Assembly (NCBI GenBank): GCA_965649825.1
Contig: OZ287717.1
Coordinates: 1 to 64,000 of the forward strand
Source: Penicillus capitatus
Lineage: Eukaryota > Plantae > Chlorophyta
DNA: 64,000 nucleotides
Reading direction: 5' to 3'
Shown: one piece after another, positions 11,801-25,416 of the stretch
Numbering within the stretch: position 1 is the stretch's first letter
Layout: each line of letters opens with the position of its first letter
Notes under the pieces: generated by a model
What the model was told of the DNA's origin: nothing
The model's database searches: none
The model's input: the letters and a program-made list of their open reading frames with translations, nothing else
Position numbers and translations under genes: made by a program

Positions 11801-14800
11801 GTCAGCCATGGAAATGGATTCCTAAAGAGCTGCCAAAGAATCTTTACTTTGTCATCTCTACTTTGCCTGACACAGAGTACGGAATCCTACAAGAACTCAA
11901 TGAGATCCATCCACGCACATTGCTGGTGCCTTTGCTGCCGTCAGAAGACAGCATCTCTATTTTTGATGCGTGGATGAAACAGTATCGGCGAACGCTTTCA
12001 GAACAACAAAAACAAATGGCCTTGCAGTGTCCAACTGAACTCAAATCTGGAATCTCCATGTTGCATCTCCGCCTGATCTGTGACCGAGCTTCACAGTGGT
12101 CGAGCCAACATGTGCCAGATCCATTACCTCGGACTGTGCAGGGCTTGATTGATCAGATCTATACCGAACTGGAAAAGGAACATGGAGAGAAGCTCGTTCG
12201 TCGATTTCTCTCTCTTCTGGTCGCATCCAAAGACAGTCTCAGTTTCAACAACATTATCGACATCATCAGTGCCGATGAGGATGCTCTGGGTGGCAAAGGA
12301 AAAAAAGGGACTGTGCTTGAGAAGTATGAACCGCCGATTCGAAGGGCACCTCCAGTGCTGCTGGCTCGATTGATGCACGATCTTCGTGATTACATCGTCG
12401 AAAGAGGCGCCAACGGAATGAAAGTTATTGGTCTATACCATAGACAATTCATCGAAGTTGTGAAGAGGCGTTATCTCCAGTGCGTGCTGCATTTCTACTG
12501 ACAAGCAAGATCAAACCAATAAGAATTTGTGATGCAGGTCACCACATGATCTGAAGAAAGTAAGACAGCAATTGGTCGAGTACTTCAACGGCGAGAGCGC
12601 AAACAAATTCATGGAACGGAGAATTTCTCTCCAGCCGTTTTGGTTTTTCGCCGGCGGGGATAGCAGAGTTCCAAACAAGCAGAAATTGGTGGAATTGCCC
12701 AATGCCCTTCTCCTTCTAGGTCAATACGAAGAGCATGCAAATCTCATCATGGATTTCGACTATATCGAAGCCAAGTGTGCAGCTGGAGGTGTATACGCCT
12801 CTTCACTGATGGAAGATTACCTTGTCTCGATGGAGAAGCTCGGTCAAAGTGAAATGCTGAAGAACGTACGCAGTTTCTTCCGTTTTATCACCACCTGGTT
12901 TCACGTACTGAAGTTGAATCCGAGTTGTTTGACAAGCTTGTCACTCAATTACGTTCCAGACAGCTTGGTGACACAGAGAATGAAGACCAGATGGGATCAA
13001 AATCTCGGTTGTGATGAGGGTGGCTGGATCTGTTGGGAAAACGCGCCCAAAGCGATCGATCCTTGTGTCTTCACAAACGTCATCAACCGAGCAGAGTGCA
13101 TTACAGCCATCAAGTGCAGTCCTGATGCTCGGAGATGCATTGTGGCTGGCAATGCCTTTTGTGGCATTTATGATTTCCGCACAAATCAGCTTCAGTGTGA
13201 TTTCCGTGGACACAGCTCTTGGATCCGAAATGTCTGTTTCTCTCCAGATGGGAGATATGTTCTGTCTGTCTCGAATGATAACACTGGTAGAGTCTGGAAC
13301 AGTAACAGTGGAGAGCTGTGTTGTCTCCTCTCTGGTCATCTCAGTTGGGTCATGGACTGTGCATGGTCTCCCAAGGATCACATCGTCTTGACTGTATCTG
13401 AGGATACCACAGCACGATTGTGGAATCCGTACTTTGGTGATCTGCTTGGCATTCAAGAGCGACATGGAGCTGCACTGAAGTGTGGGACATTCATGAGTTC
13501 TGGCACCGAGGTGGTGACTGGGGATATCGAAGGGAAAATCTTGAAATGGTCGGTTCCTTCCTGCGATGTCAATGCGGTACTTGAGTTGGAAAAATCCGTC
13601 AACTGTGTTCAGTGGAATGAGAATTCGCAATGTATTGCGGCTGTAACGAATGGGGGTCGTGTTCTGGTGCTTTCAAACAAGCTGGAGATCTCACAGACAC
13701 TTGATGGTACGTATCTCTTCTTTCCAGGAGAAAGCATGATGGCTGAACTGCTATGCCGTGTCAGGCTTCGCTTTTGCTGTCAATCGATGTGTCTTCTCTC
13801 CCGATGGGACAGAGCTGCTGGCAGCTGGTGCTGAGAAATTTGGAATTGTCTACAAGATTGCTGATAGAAGTGTACTCGGTTATCTGGTTGGTCACAACAA
13901 GCAGATCACGAGCGTCGATTGGATCGTCACGTCCAGTGGTGATATCCTCCTCTTGACTGGATCCGAGGATCAGACCGTCAAACAATGGGCAAGAAATGAT
14001 GTCATTCCTGGAGACGTCTTCGAAACGTTCGCAGATGACTCATATAAACCAACAAGCGGATTTGCCATTGGTCTGACTGAAGAAGGAGATCTCTATGCGA
14101 TGGACAGAGACACGCGTTTAATCAAGTGCTCTGATATCTTTGGCAGTGGATGTTCCGCTCCCTTCGCGACACAGTACGGAGAAGGGATGAAGATGGGAGA
14201 CAAAACAGCTGGAATACTTTCGCCAGATGGACAGACTTGGGCACTTTGTGCATACAGTTCAACCATCTACTTGATTTCGGCAATAGATGGAAGCAAAGTG
14301 AACGAATTCAGTGTGGATGTTGCCCACAATACAGCTGTGTGGGATCCGACAGGCAAACCACGATTGTTCTCATCGGGCCATGGAGAAAACGCCGTTGTCT
14401 GGAACACAGAAACCGGCACAAAAGATTGCATTCCGAATCTGGGATTCTGGGTGTGGGATGGATCGTGGGCAAAGAAAGGACGTTATCTTGCCTTGGCCAA
14501 TGACGGAGGCACTGCGGTATGCCAAACCGACCTCTTCTTCTTCTTTACTCATGTCGATGTGGTTTCTGTTGTCAGGTCTTCGACATGATGCAGCCTTACC
14601 ATCCTGGTGATTCCATTGATCCCGTTTTCAGAGGAATGAATGCCATGCGATGTGCACTGAATTCGGATGGCACACGATTGGCCATTATGGCTAAGACTGG
14701 GCAATACTACGATTCTCAAATGTGTGCTGGATACCTTTACGATCTGTCAGATCTGGAAAATGTGCCAGAACCCATGGAACTGGAAGGCAATTTTCAACAG

Positions 14801-15052
14801 GAAGAGAAAGCGGGGCGCATCCTGTTTACCAGCGACGACAGATTTGTGCTCGCTTCCTTTGGATGTGAAGCATTTGGGACTTCTCCAAGCATCTGCGCCT
14901 ACGATGCAAAACTTGGCATACCAATAGCCTGGTTTGTGTCGCCACTGCACAACAAGTTTATCAGAATGTCCGTGCCGCCTGAATCCTGTGCCAAATTCGT
15001 CGCTGTTGATGACACTGGCAAGATCTACGTGTTTCACATCGAAGAAAACTAG
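8802..15052 (+). CDS. NWD/TEP1-like STAND NTPase: discoidin/galactose-binding-like + FN3 + DUF4062-like + NACHT/AAA P-loop + WD40 repeats
   Basis: FN3 (PAPTNVQA..IRWD..DLCPGNSYQFQVVAV), DUF4062-like LYISGSLEDTHVER..VDLRWG, Walker A LHGVSGAGKT, Walker B LAIFIDSLDQL, WKWIP..LP.N, LYHRQF, then several GH-W WD40 repeats (FRGHSSWIRNVCFSPDG, LSGHLSWVMDCAWSP, LVGHNKQITSVDW). Stop TAG at 15050-15052. Confidence 0.87.
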
Positions 15053-15229
15053 AATGGATCTTTTTATTTCCTTCCTGCTGCTTTCTCTAACTTACTGCTG
15101 TCATGTCAACCACGTCAATTTCCACCGTCCTATCAGATCCGTCACAGACGTCTATCACGTTTTCGTTATCTCACGCGTTTCAGCAAAGTTTGCCGCGTAT
15201 CGCGAGTTTTTCCAAGAGCTGTTATCAGA

Positions 15230-17679
15230 ATGGTGTTGGGTGCCATATTGGGTGCCGGAATTGGAGTGCTCACGGGCGTCACGGTAATCTTATTTCATCT
15301 GCACGACCGTGCACTTATCGCGGTGTAGGTCGGTTCCGTGATTTTCGGGTCGACCGATCCCAAATGCTTTGCTCATTTGGATCAGACTGCAGATACGAAC
15401 GGCTCAGATGGGCCTGTTCCGAAAAGCAGCGAAGTGCGTGAGATTTTGGAGTTGTCTCCTCATTGGACCAAATGGCCAGACTACGAAAGAGTATGTTATG
15501 GTGCTGCGACGACGATTTTTGGGATCTTATGTGCGTTCCTGTTTGACAGGTTGCTTGGATTAACCGCATGATTGCCACATTATGGCCATACTACAATGAA
15601 GCCGTTGCCGATATCGTCCACGAAACCGTGGCGCCCATTCTAGAAGAAACCTGTCGCAAAGTACTGCATGGCCGAAGTGGAAGCATGGATTGAGAGAGCC
15701 AATGGCGTTGTGTAGGTAAAAATGTTATCCTCCATCACCATCGAAAAAATGAACCTTGGTGATAAACCGATGAAACTCGGTGGCATCAAAACATACGAGA
15801 CACGCGAAGACGAAGTGATCGTAGAAGCGCCTGTTTTGTGGGGAAGCAATGCCGATGTATGCAGATGATGCATCTATCTTCTATTTTCCTCTCACGCATT
15901 CCTGTCGTGTGTTGGACAGATTCTCGTGCATGTGAGCATTCAGTTGGGGCCTCTCCGTATTTTTATTCCAGTCAACGTCAGGAATCTCCAGCTCCATGCC
16001 GTTGCTCGCATCACCATCCGCCCACTGGTGGAGACGCTTCCGTGTTTGGGAGCATTGCACATTTCATTGCTCACTCCGCCTCACATCGACATGACACTCA
16101 ATTTGATAAACGGCATGGATTTCATGGCACTCCCTGGTATCAAAGAAATTAGCTCCAACATCGTCCAGGTTTCGATGGCGCATAGATAATATTGGGATCG
16201 CCGTGAACGTTGTGCTGTAGGGTGTTCTGGGATCCATGATGCTGTATCCTAATCAATTCTCTGTGGACTTGATGGAAGGCGGTGGACAGCCACCTGCTCC
16301 AGTGGGTATGCTACGTGTGAAGCTGATCCGCATTGAGAATCTCAAGAAGTCCGATATCATTTCCAAATCGGATGCCTACTGTCTGTTGGAGGTATTCATC
16401 ACGCCATATATAGGCAGATCACCTTGCTCAACAAAGGACACGGTGCTGTCAGGTTCGCGAAGGAAGGCCACTTCGCAGCAAAACTGTTAAAAACTCACAA
16501 AACCCAATCTTCAATGATGAGTTCCATCTGATCGTTGATGACCCAGATGAACAGCGTCTGAAGATCACCGTCAAAGATGATGATTTTGGCTGGTCAGATC
16601 ATGTGTTCGGCGTCTTTAGTGTTAGTATCCTGCCTTAACACACATGAAAGGCCTTAAATGTTCGATCACTGTTTGCTGCAGGTTCGCCTTTCAGATTTGG
16701 AGTGCTTCTCTCGTCCTCGTGAGGGCTGTTTGGTAAACGGAGATTTAATCAAGCCAGATGCATCGGGTATCTTGGCAACTGGAACAAGGGTGAGCATCTC
16801 GGCCGTGAACCGCAGACAGGATGATACAATGATTGCGTGTGTGATCAGTCTGTCCGCCAACTGGCATCATTCATAAGTCCTAGTAAAAAGTCTCCCGAAC
16901 CGAGTAAGTCGATGGGTAAAGTGCATTTGGAAGTGACTATGGTTCCATTCTTTCGCCCTGGAGTCGATGATGCCAACGACTCTTCTGACAACGAGGTCTT
17001 ACCCAATGCCTTGATCTCATTTCAAAGTTCAACACTTTTCTGCAGCAGGCAGATCAGGCAGAGGCTGGAGGCAGACCGGTGCCGCCTCGATTTGGTACTG
17101 CGGCCCAGGATGGTGGTATGGGTATGGAATCGCAAATCCGTGGCGACATGAAGGTCATCCATCTCCTATTCTCAAAACCGTGTCTCCTGAATTGCTTGTG
17201 TGTCGTTTCAGGGTGTGTTGACCATCACATTGGCTCGTTGTTTGAATCTGGCTGGAAAAGACACCTACGTTTCGTTCTCTCTGTATGATAACATCACAAA
17301 GAAAACAGAAGTTCAGAAATCAAGCTATGTCTTGAATGATGACAGTCCACGTTGGGGAGACAAGTTTGATTTTGTGATGATCAATGCCAATTCCAATCTG
17401 ACGGTCCGGGTGATGGAGAAGCCAGGGTTCATGGAATCTATGATGTCCATGAAATTCGTCAAGGTACAAACATCCGAATCCAAGTTCTCAATGCCACGGT
17501 AGCATCACATCACGCCTGTTATGTTGTAGAGAGCTGAAGATAAACCGATAGGGGCTATTCGCATTCCTGTTACAGATTTGGTCAGAAACGGTCGTCTGAA
17601 AGACACGTGGCCACTCCAAGAGGTCCAACAGGGAGAGATCGAACTCACCCTCACCTGGACCACATGCGAATTTGCCTGA
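15230..17679 (+). CDS. Synaptotagmin-like (plant SYT/extended synaptotagmin): N-terminal TM, SMP, C2 domains
   Basis: TM MVLGAILGAGIGVLTG; SMP WPDYER/VAWINRMIATLWPY; C2A GMLRVKLIRIENLKKSDIISKSDAY; C2B GVLTITLARCLNL...DDSPRWGDKFDF; multiple short GT-AG introns. Confidence 0.9.
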
Positions 17680-17841
17680 GACAAACGAAATGAGAGCGCA
17701 CAGTAATAACAACACAACAAGAACTCCGCCGCTGCTTGAGATAGCAAATCCCGGATAACCTGACGTCGTGTTGTTGTACGTTTTCTCTAAGATGGTTGCA
17801 TTCTTTTGTCTCATTGTCATATCGAATCCAAGTCTATCGCG

Positions 17842-19648
17842 ATGTCGAATCATCGAACGTCGTTCTATTCCAGACTGAAACCCGAAGACGAGCTCCCGCA
17901 ACATATTGGACCAGCGCGCGAGCCTCTGCAACACAATCTCGATGTCAGAAAACTGCGAAGGCGTTGTTGTTGCTGTATTTCGGCTGCACTGTTTATCGCC
18001 ATCGTTCTCTGGGCATACAATCCGCCAACTGGAAAAGAATCAAACCAAGGTCCCGAAGACGCAGACACGCAGCTGAAATTCGTTCTCGTTGTTCACCGTC
18101 ACGGTAGACCAGTGACACAAAATGTCCTCAATAGGAAACAACGCATTGGTTCAGGGGCACGAAGCGCCATACATCATTATGATTTTGAACAGGACGTCAA
18201 GTGGAGTGTTCCTCGCGGAAAGCTTCTGAATGTCGGCTTTCAAGGGGTATTGGCAAACCCATAGTAGACGGATGTCAGAGTGATCTCTGTGGATTAGGGA
18301 TTTCGACTGGGAAGGCTTCTGAGGAACAAATACTGGGACCAGTTTCCTTTCATATCCAACTCCTCTGTCGAGTGCATTTCATCAAACGTCGATCGCACGA
18401 TTGATACTGCACACAGTGTTCTGATCGGTGAGAAACTGCAAGAACAATATCGGGATGTGTGTTGTGACAAGTGTGATTTCGATAGGGCTGTTTACGGATA
18501 ATGTGACAGACCCATCTGGAGGAAATTGCTCGTGTCGGCCAAAAACAAAAGCGTTCTGTTCTGTAAACTGTGCTGCCGAGTGCATCGGAGTGAAGTTGCC
18601 AGACGTGCCACAGGTGAAGGTGTGGGATGAGAATTCTGGCAACGTAAGATGAAGGGATCACACAAACACACCATTCACTCAATATTGTGTTTATGACGAT
18701 AACAGGAATCAGTCCTTCGCCAGAACGACTTCTGCGACCACTACAAAGAGCTCGAGAAGGACTTCCTCGAATCTGAAGCCACAAAAAATACCGCCAAAAA
18801 ACTATTCTCGTCACAGTTTGAATACGTCAAGGAGGTATGAGATGGATTCATTTTCTTGAAGGATAAGATAAAGAAAGGGGTCTGTGTAGATCGTTGGTAA
18901 GGAGAAAGTGAGTGAGGTCCTCGAGAACGATACTACAACGGACCCTGAGAATCTGTCGGTAGTCACTCTGGGTAGAATTTGGGATACTGTCCAGTGTCTC
19001 GATGCCCAAAACGGAACAGAGAATGGTCCCTATGAGAATGTCACGGAGGTCAAAGAGAAACTGCTGCCTGTACAGGAATGGCTCTTCCACAACAAGTTCG
19101 CCGACATCCTGTCATGATGCATGTCTGATCTGCTGTGTGTTCTCTAGATTTTCTAATCAGTCAGGACTGTATGCAGGTGGCCAGCTGCTAAATCAGATCA
19201 TCATCAATCTCAGAGAGGCGGTTAAACTCAAACCAGCCGAAAGTGATCCACAAGGTTTGTTAGGAATCAAATGCCGTAGGTGCACTTTGTTATCTGTGAT
19301 GCAGGGAACCTGATGACGATCTATTCGGCTCACGATTCGACATTGGCAGGTTTGCTCGCAGCCATGAACGTTTCTGATTGGCGCTTCCCGAATTTCACAT
19401 CCCATATCATGTTTGAACTCCATGGACCCACAAAAGCATCCGAGAGTGCCTCATTGGACGAACACTATGTGCGCATCTCCTTCAACGATGAGTAAGAAGT
19501 AGAAACGCGTCTTCCTTGTGACAAAATGTGTTTCTCCAGTGTGTTGCAAGTGGGAGACTGCAACCAAACACTCTGCCAGTTGAATGCGTTTCTGGATTCC
19601 ATGAATGATAGAAGGCAGACAAAAGACGAGTGTAATCAGAATCCGTGA
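17842..19648 (+). CDS. Histidine acid phosphatase (branch 2), membrane-anchored
   Basis: RHG-A-R-S catalytic motif restored by splicing (HRHG|ARS), SSNVDRTIDTA, IYSAHDSTL proton-donor HD motif, N-terminal TM segment. Confidence 0.85.
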
Positions 19649-19982
19649 TACTGCTACCTTTCTCCGTTTCTTTCCGTGAATCGTTTGCAGTTGTATTATT
19701 ATTCTTTGTGAAAACTGAAAAGACTTTGGTGTCTGTGAACCGTGCCAATAAAACCATCGATCCTGCTCTACAAGCAGCTGGACAGCATGTAAGCATCTTA
19801 AGCCTCTTTCTGTCAGACAAGGAATCTCTTGACAGGAATGTGCGATTAGGCATTTCTAAAGGGAGAAAAACAGACAAGTATACAAGGCATACAGACAAGG
19901 CATTGTCGTCCAGAAGGACCAGCTTGATGGACAGGTAACACTAAACAACAAGCGAAGCATCAGTGCGTCAGCATTTCTGTTA

Positions 19983-20524
19983 TCAAGCGGCCTCTTCTGA
20001 AGCTGGCGCTTCTTCTGAGGACGGAGCCTCCGCCACATCATATCCCCAACAGTAGTAAAGACCGTCGTCGGTCCATTCCACTTCTGGCTTGTGATAGAAA
20101 CTGCATGTGCCGTCTTCTGGCGTGTATGTCAATAAATCACAGTAGTCAGTGAACGTGCAACTGAGAAAGCACCCGGAATAAGTGCTCCCCTCTGCACTGA
20201 AGAAAGCATCCGTATGAACATTGCAGTGTTTATCGGTTAGGGGCTCTCGCATGGAATCGACGTGGTGCTCTTCCTCTAGGCCGGAAACCTCCTGAATCAA
20301 CTCCTTGGCCAGTTCAAAGGCCTGTTCAGATTCACTCATGAGCTGCCTCCCACGATTCTCGGCCTCTGCAGACAATGACCGAGCGTGCCGGAAACGAAAA
20401 AAAAAACAGACGGTTACGCACGCGTCTGTTTGCCTCCGAATAGACGGATGGCTTCTTCAGATTCTCCACGTCTGGCAGAAGCGAAGGCGACGAGGCAGGT
20501 GAGGACCACAACGAGCTTATCCAT
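19983..20524 (-). CDS. Small secreted protein with a PAN/apple-like Cys module
   Basis: Signal peptide MDKLVVVLTCLVAFASA; one ~57 nt intron (gtgcgt...cag); C-x3-C-x5-C-x2-LTY-x6-C spacing; acidic EAP-repeat tail. Confidence 0.6.
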
Positions 20525-20671
20525 TTTGAAAGTGAGCAAAGATAGGAAGAGGCCGGTCAACAGCCGCCAGTCTCCAAGATGTTCGCACTAATGCAATTAA
20601 GTCTCGTTCAGCGACGCCCGAAAATTCGAATCGCCTAGCGCGCTTTACAGCTTCTCCTGTCATAGGACAGA

Positions 20672-21319
20672 ATGGAGAGTTTGTTTCCTGTTAGTGATAT
20701 CTTCGCTGATCTCAAAGAATCGATAAGGGAAGCTACTAAAGGAGTAGATGTCTTCACACATGTCCTCTCCTTCTTTCACTCTATCGACTGGAAGGTGTTG
20801 AAACAGAAATGAGCCTGTTGGGTAAACGGCGTGCATACCACTGGACGTTGACATGTGTAGGAACCGTTGATGGTGGGTCTTATATCCTCAGAAGCTTTGC
20901 TGTTTGTTCTGGTCTGGTACTTCAGTCGCCGGATGAAGTTTCAAGCTGTCATCTTTCTGGCTGCTGGTATGGTTTGTTCGATTAACTTATTCAGATGTCC
21001 CTCTCTTTTAGCGATTTGCATCTACAAAGCTGAGTCGTTGAATGCCTTCTGCGCGGAACACTGGCGTTCGTTTGCAAAACAGCCCTATTTTGATGAAAAC
21101 GGAGTGTTCTGGTCCGCGCTGATCTCCGGACCTTTGCTTGTCCTGCTTCTGTGCATCTTGGTGATAAATCGATCCCCGTAAGAAACTCAAGAATTGTGGA
21201 ACGTGTGATCTTCGCAGGTGAATTATCTACTTGAGATGATGCGGCTCATGATCAAGGTCAAGAGGAAGCAAATGATTGCCGAGGCACAAAAGCAACGAGA
21301 GAGCAAGAAAGAATCATAG
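20672..21319 (+). CDS. TMEM18: Transmembrane protein 18 homolog
   Basis: FHSIDWK|EP, AE.LN....HWRSFAKQPYFDENGVFWSALISGPLL, and basic C-terminus LMIKVKRKQM. Confidence 0.88.
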
Positions 21320-21381
21320 ATACAGACAGAACTACTGCCTTTCCGAAATTGGACGAGAATTCCTGTCGTACGACGCGATCT

Positions 21382-22055
21382 ATGACGATGTCGAATGCGC
21401 CTTCCGACTTAGACGTCGCCGACGATGAGCGCGACGGCCATGAGAAGGGTGCAAGTGTAGAGATCGGCGTCGCAATAGAAGAAAGCCAAAAGGAGTCTTC
21501 GGAGAGTACAGAAGACTGCAGTATCTTCCAGCTTTCTCTGGAGGAACTCAAAAAGCGTCTCCCCGACGAATTCTCTAGAGTACCTGAGTTCGCGGTTCCT
21601 TCCAGTGTCCAGGTGACTAGTTTATCTCTCTCTTCTTGTTTCGAGCTGTGTTTCAGGAGACTCTTGAGAGATTCTGCGCCATTCACTCAAAAGGGAGGAG
21701 ATTGAACGATGATATTCGCAAGAATAAGCGCATCAGCAATCCTTACTTCGTTGCCAATACGTTGCAGCGTTACGGAATCGAACAAGGAGCGTCAGACGTT
21801 CAATCTTCCAAGAGACAGAGAATGGTACAAAACGTTGAAACGGACGACATTCAAGCTTTCAGAATGTACAGAAAGCATCACAAGCAATCTGTCGCTCAAA
21901 TGGATGCCAGAGAAGAAGCAAGCAGAAAGCAGAGGTCAAATGAAGGAGGCCCCATCGCCTCCAGCCACATGACAGCAATGCAACAGGAAGCAATATCCCA
22001 GTTTGTCATGGAAGCGAAACAGAGACTACGACCACTTAAGGAATCAGGATTGTAG
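21382..22055 (+). CDS. HCNGP/SAP30-binding-protein-like
   Basis: Acidic N-terminus followed by LNDDIRKNKRISNPYFVANTLQRYGIEQ, resembling the HCNGP core N..I..K.FRNP......ID; one intron. Confidence 0.65.
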
Positions 22056-22432
22056 CAGAGGCGTTTATTGTCGCTAAATCAGTAGATTTAAAATGACATG
22101 GAATTTCTCTCACCTTCGCCTTGGCAGATGTCCTTCTCTCATTGCCTGCGATCCATGTGGTCTTGTCAATTGGAGAACGGTATACTCCTCTTTCTTCTCA
22201 CACTTCGTTCAATATCCTTTGACAACGTCCAAAGCAGAAACGTATCTTACATCCAAGGGATGGGTGTCCATCATCGATGCATGCCATAAAAACACATCAT
22301 CTCGCTCGAGGGACATTCAGCAGCAGCAGCATAAATGGGATGTTTGCTTTTAATCCGTCGGAAAGAATATGGTTAAGTACGATGCGGCACTGGACAATCA
22401 GAAAAACGAAAGTTGATGGGACGAACGCCTCT

Positions 22433-24846
22433 TCACTCAGTGTCTTTTTTCTCTTTCTTTTTCTTCTTCTGGACAGAAGAACCGTCACGTCACATCATAA
22501 ATCGTGCATTGGAATATCACCTTTTTAGAGGACTCTTCCTTCTTTTGTTTCTTGGTCGTTTTTTCGGGTTCATTTAACAAACCTTCGTCTTTTCCCTTTC
22601 GCTTCTTCTTCGATTTTGTATATGGCGTATCTTCTTCTGCAACATGTCCATGTTCTGATTCCACAGCTCCATGCGAAACAGGAGCTGAGATCTCTGTTTC
22701 TTGCATCTCGGTGTCTCCTTGGTCTTTTTTCTTTTTCTTCTTATCTGTGTACAGATATCCAAGATGGGGTACAGAACGGGGGAGTGAGCGGTTGCCTTTT
22801 TTCATCTTCTTAGATGGTCGTCCCTCTTGATACTCGGACTCCGTCTTCATCTCCTCATCCTGAACCGACAAATCTTTTGTTTCAGTTTTCGATTCGTACA
22901 GTCTGACCTCGTCTTTGGTGGCAATGACATCTGCGGCCGGGTGGTAAGTGGATGGCGTTGTCGCAATGGCACTGTGTTCAAGCTTAAGGCTCTGCTCTTG
23001 CTTGACATCAGGTTTTGCCTTCAAGGTCGTCACAGTCTTTGGCAGAGAACGTTGTTCTAACCCAGCAATTCTGTTCTCCATCTGCATCACCATGACATTG
23101 GGAAATGAAAATGCGTCTTCATTCCGCTGATGCATACCTGTGCTCTGCAGGTGACCCCAATGGATTCGTTTTCTTCTTCGGCAAGTGCATCTACCCTCGA
23201 GACCAGCGCTGTCTTTGCTGCCAGTAGTCTGGCTATCTTTCCCTTGTTTTTACTGCTGCATCCTATTGAAGGAGTTTTCGATCGCAGCAAGGGTCGAGAG
23301 ATCAATCACCTCCAACAAAAGACGAGTGAAAGAGAATGCCATACTTCGGAGTGGCAGAATGCGTCTTGAGTGCACGAAACAGTGCTTTCTCTGCTCCCAG
23401 CATTTGAATCGATGCTCCTATTGCACAAATTGATGGACTTGAATCTGTAAACGAATGAGGTCTGGCAGAATCTACCCGAGTGTTTGGCAAGGTTCATCAA
23501 ACTGCCTGCGTGTGAGATGAGCTTGGCACCGACCAATTCCCCAACCAGCACTGTCAGATTTGGAGCAACAGCTTTCATCCTACAAGCAAACCACAAGCAT
23601 GTCTATCTGTGTGTTCGTACAGATTGCATGACAGGACACCTGTTAGAGAGATATTCAAAGAGCTGAGTACGATACTCAGATAGTTCGATCAACTGAGTGC
23701 ACAGATCGGTGATGTTGTTCATATCATCTTGACTGATCTCTGTTCCCATGGAGGTGATCGATGCTTGCTTCAAGTTCTCTTCCAAATCTTCACTCAGAAT
23801 GGATGACATGTCGACACTCTGAGCATTTTCGCGGAACTGGATCAATTTGATCTGATGAAGCAGAAGTGGATAGAACAAACATCTCCTCTCTCATTGCCAT
23901 CATACCGTCTGCGCGTACTTAATGTTGTCTTGGATAACTTTGCCCATCTCAGGGAAATGCCAACCATACCATTCTCGAACACGCATGGCATAGACATTAA
24001 TCTCTTTGTCCAGATCCTCCAACAGTGCAATCGCTTGAATGATCATGACATCTACCTAAGAATAGAGGAGAGCCCTGTCACGTGTGGCATCTTAGCCAGT
24101 CTCCCGAACAGACCTTATCTGGACTGAATTTCAACTTATATCTCGAGATACTGTGACTCAGACCGAGTGCCAAGTGTGAAGATGCCAGTCCCCTATCACC
24201 AAAGCAATCGAAATTGCATGAAAGAACCGCATGCTCGACTCTCACGGTATCAGGTTGTCCAATTGAGCCCGAACGCCACGAGACAATTCTGCCACAGCGG
24301 GACTGCATGTACACTCCGTTCACTCTATTGTCAAAGGGCTCCATCAGACATTGACCTGTGTATACACGGTATTCCAAGTTTCTCTTTGATGATGTTTCCC
24401 AGTTTCGAATCCTGAACTGCCAATTCCTCGCCTTTCACTTTCTTCTTCAGAAATTTCTTCAGTCCTGTTTGTCCAGATCGGTGGATTTCTCCATGTGTCG
24501 AATCACGTGTTGAATATACCTTTGCTGACGTTGCTGTCCAGAATGGCCGTTGCTGCTTCCAGTGCATCCAAGGTGCCTTCAAATTTGTCGAAAGCCTTCA
24601 GTTCCACCACCTGAGGTCGATCGGAAGTGAACAACTCTGTTCACATCGCCGCGTTCTTCGTCACCTTTTGCGCCTTCGACAGCGTTTCGAAGTCTTTCCA
24701 TAGATCCTGCTCCATCATCAAGGCTGCGATGCCAACAGATCGGGTCGGACAGAGTGCGTGCTTACCTTCGTTTCTTTCAGCTTTTTTTCTTTGAGTACTT
24801 TGAAAAGGGCAAAGCCTGCCGCTGTCTCAACAAGCAATAGCACCAT
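22433..24846 (-). CDS. NOP58: Nucleolar protein 58 (box C/D snoRNP)
   Basis: [84 protein letters not shown], and a KKE/D-rich tail. The N-terminus matches NOP58 rather than NOP56. Confidence 0.92.
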
Positions 24847-25416
24847 CTTGCCGTTCTCTGTCCCGGCGGCCGAATCTGCTGTCTTTCGACAAATGCTTGA
24901 TTCTACACTTGATGTGACGTACTCTGACTCGCGTGCTGAGTCCATTCTGTCTATCCCGACTGTTTGACTTCAGTCGCACTTTCTTTCGATGTATTCCCCA
25001 GTCGGAAAACCGGAAGAGTTATTGGACTGGAATTACGGACAGTGGAGATGTCTATTTGGAAAGGTTCGGTCATCATGTTGTTCATTGCGCGAGCTTTCCC
25101 GCGGCGGCAGGCACTGACGAAAGGGAGTGAACACCTCTCCTGAGATGTCTGCCTCTCTCGGGCTAGCTTTGATCACCTCCTTTTGTTGCATACACCTCTA
25201 TTCTGCTCACTTTCGTTCTTGTGTCGCAAGAGCGGCCAGTTTCTTTTGGCTGTCGAATGGTGCCTTTTCGCATCGCGTGGGCATTTGTGCTTCTGACGAC
25301 CTTCTTTGACTGTTATGTTCTGCAGACAAACAGAGAAACTGCTGCCGCTCTGACTTCTGCAGCGAGCGATGTTTCCGCTCTGTACCAAATAGAGCAGAAC
25401 TTCATAGATCCGTCAA

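Noticed and set aside
22433-24846. Intronic box C/D snoRNAs in NOP58
   Set aside because: The introns are about 50 nt, too short, and no paired C and D boxes were seen.
25094-25101. E2F site TTTCCCGC near the NOP58 divergent promoter
   Set aside because: A single 8-mer is expected by chance in 64 kb; no supporting context.
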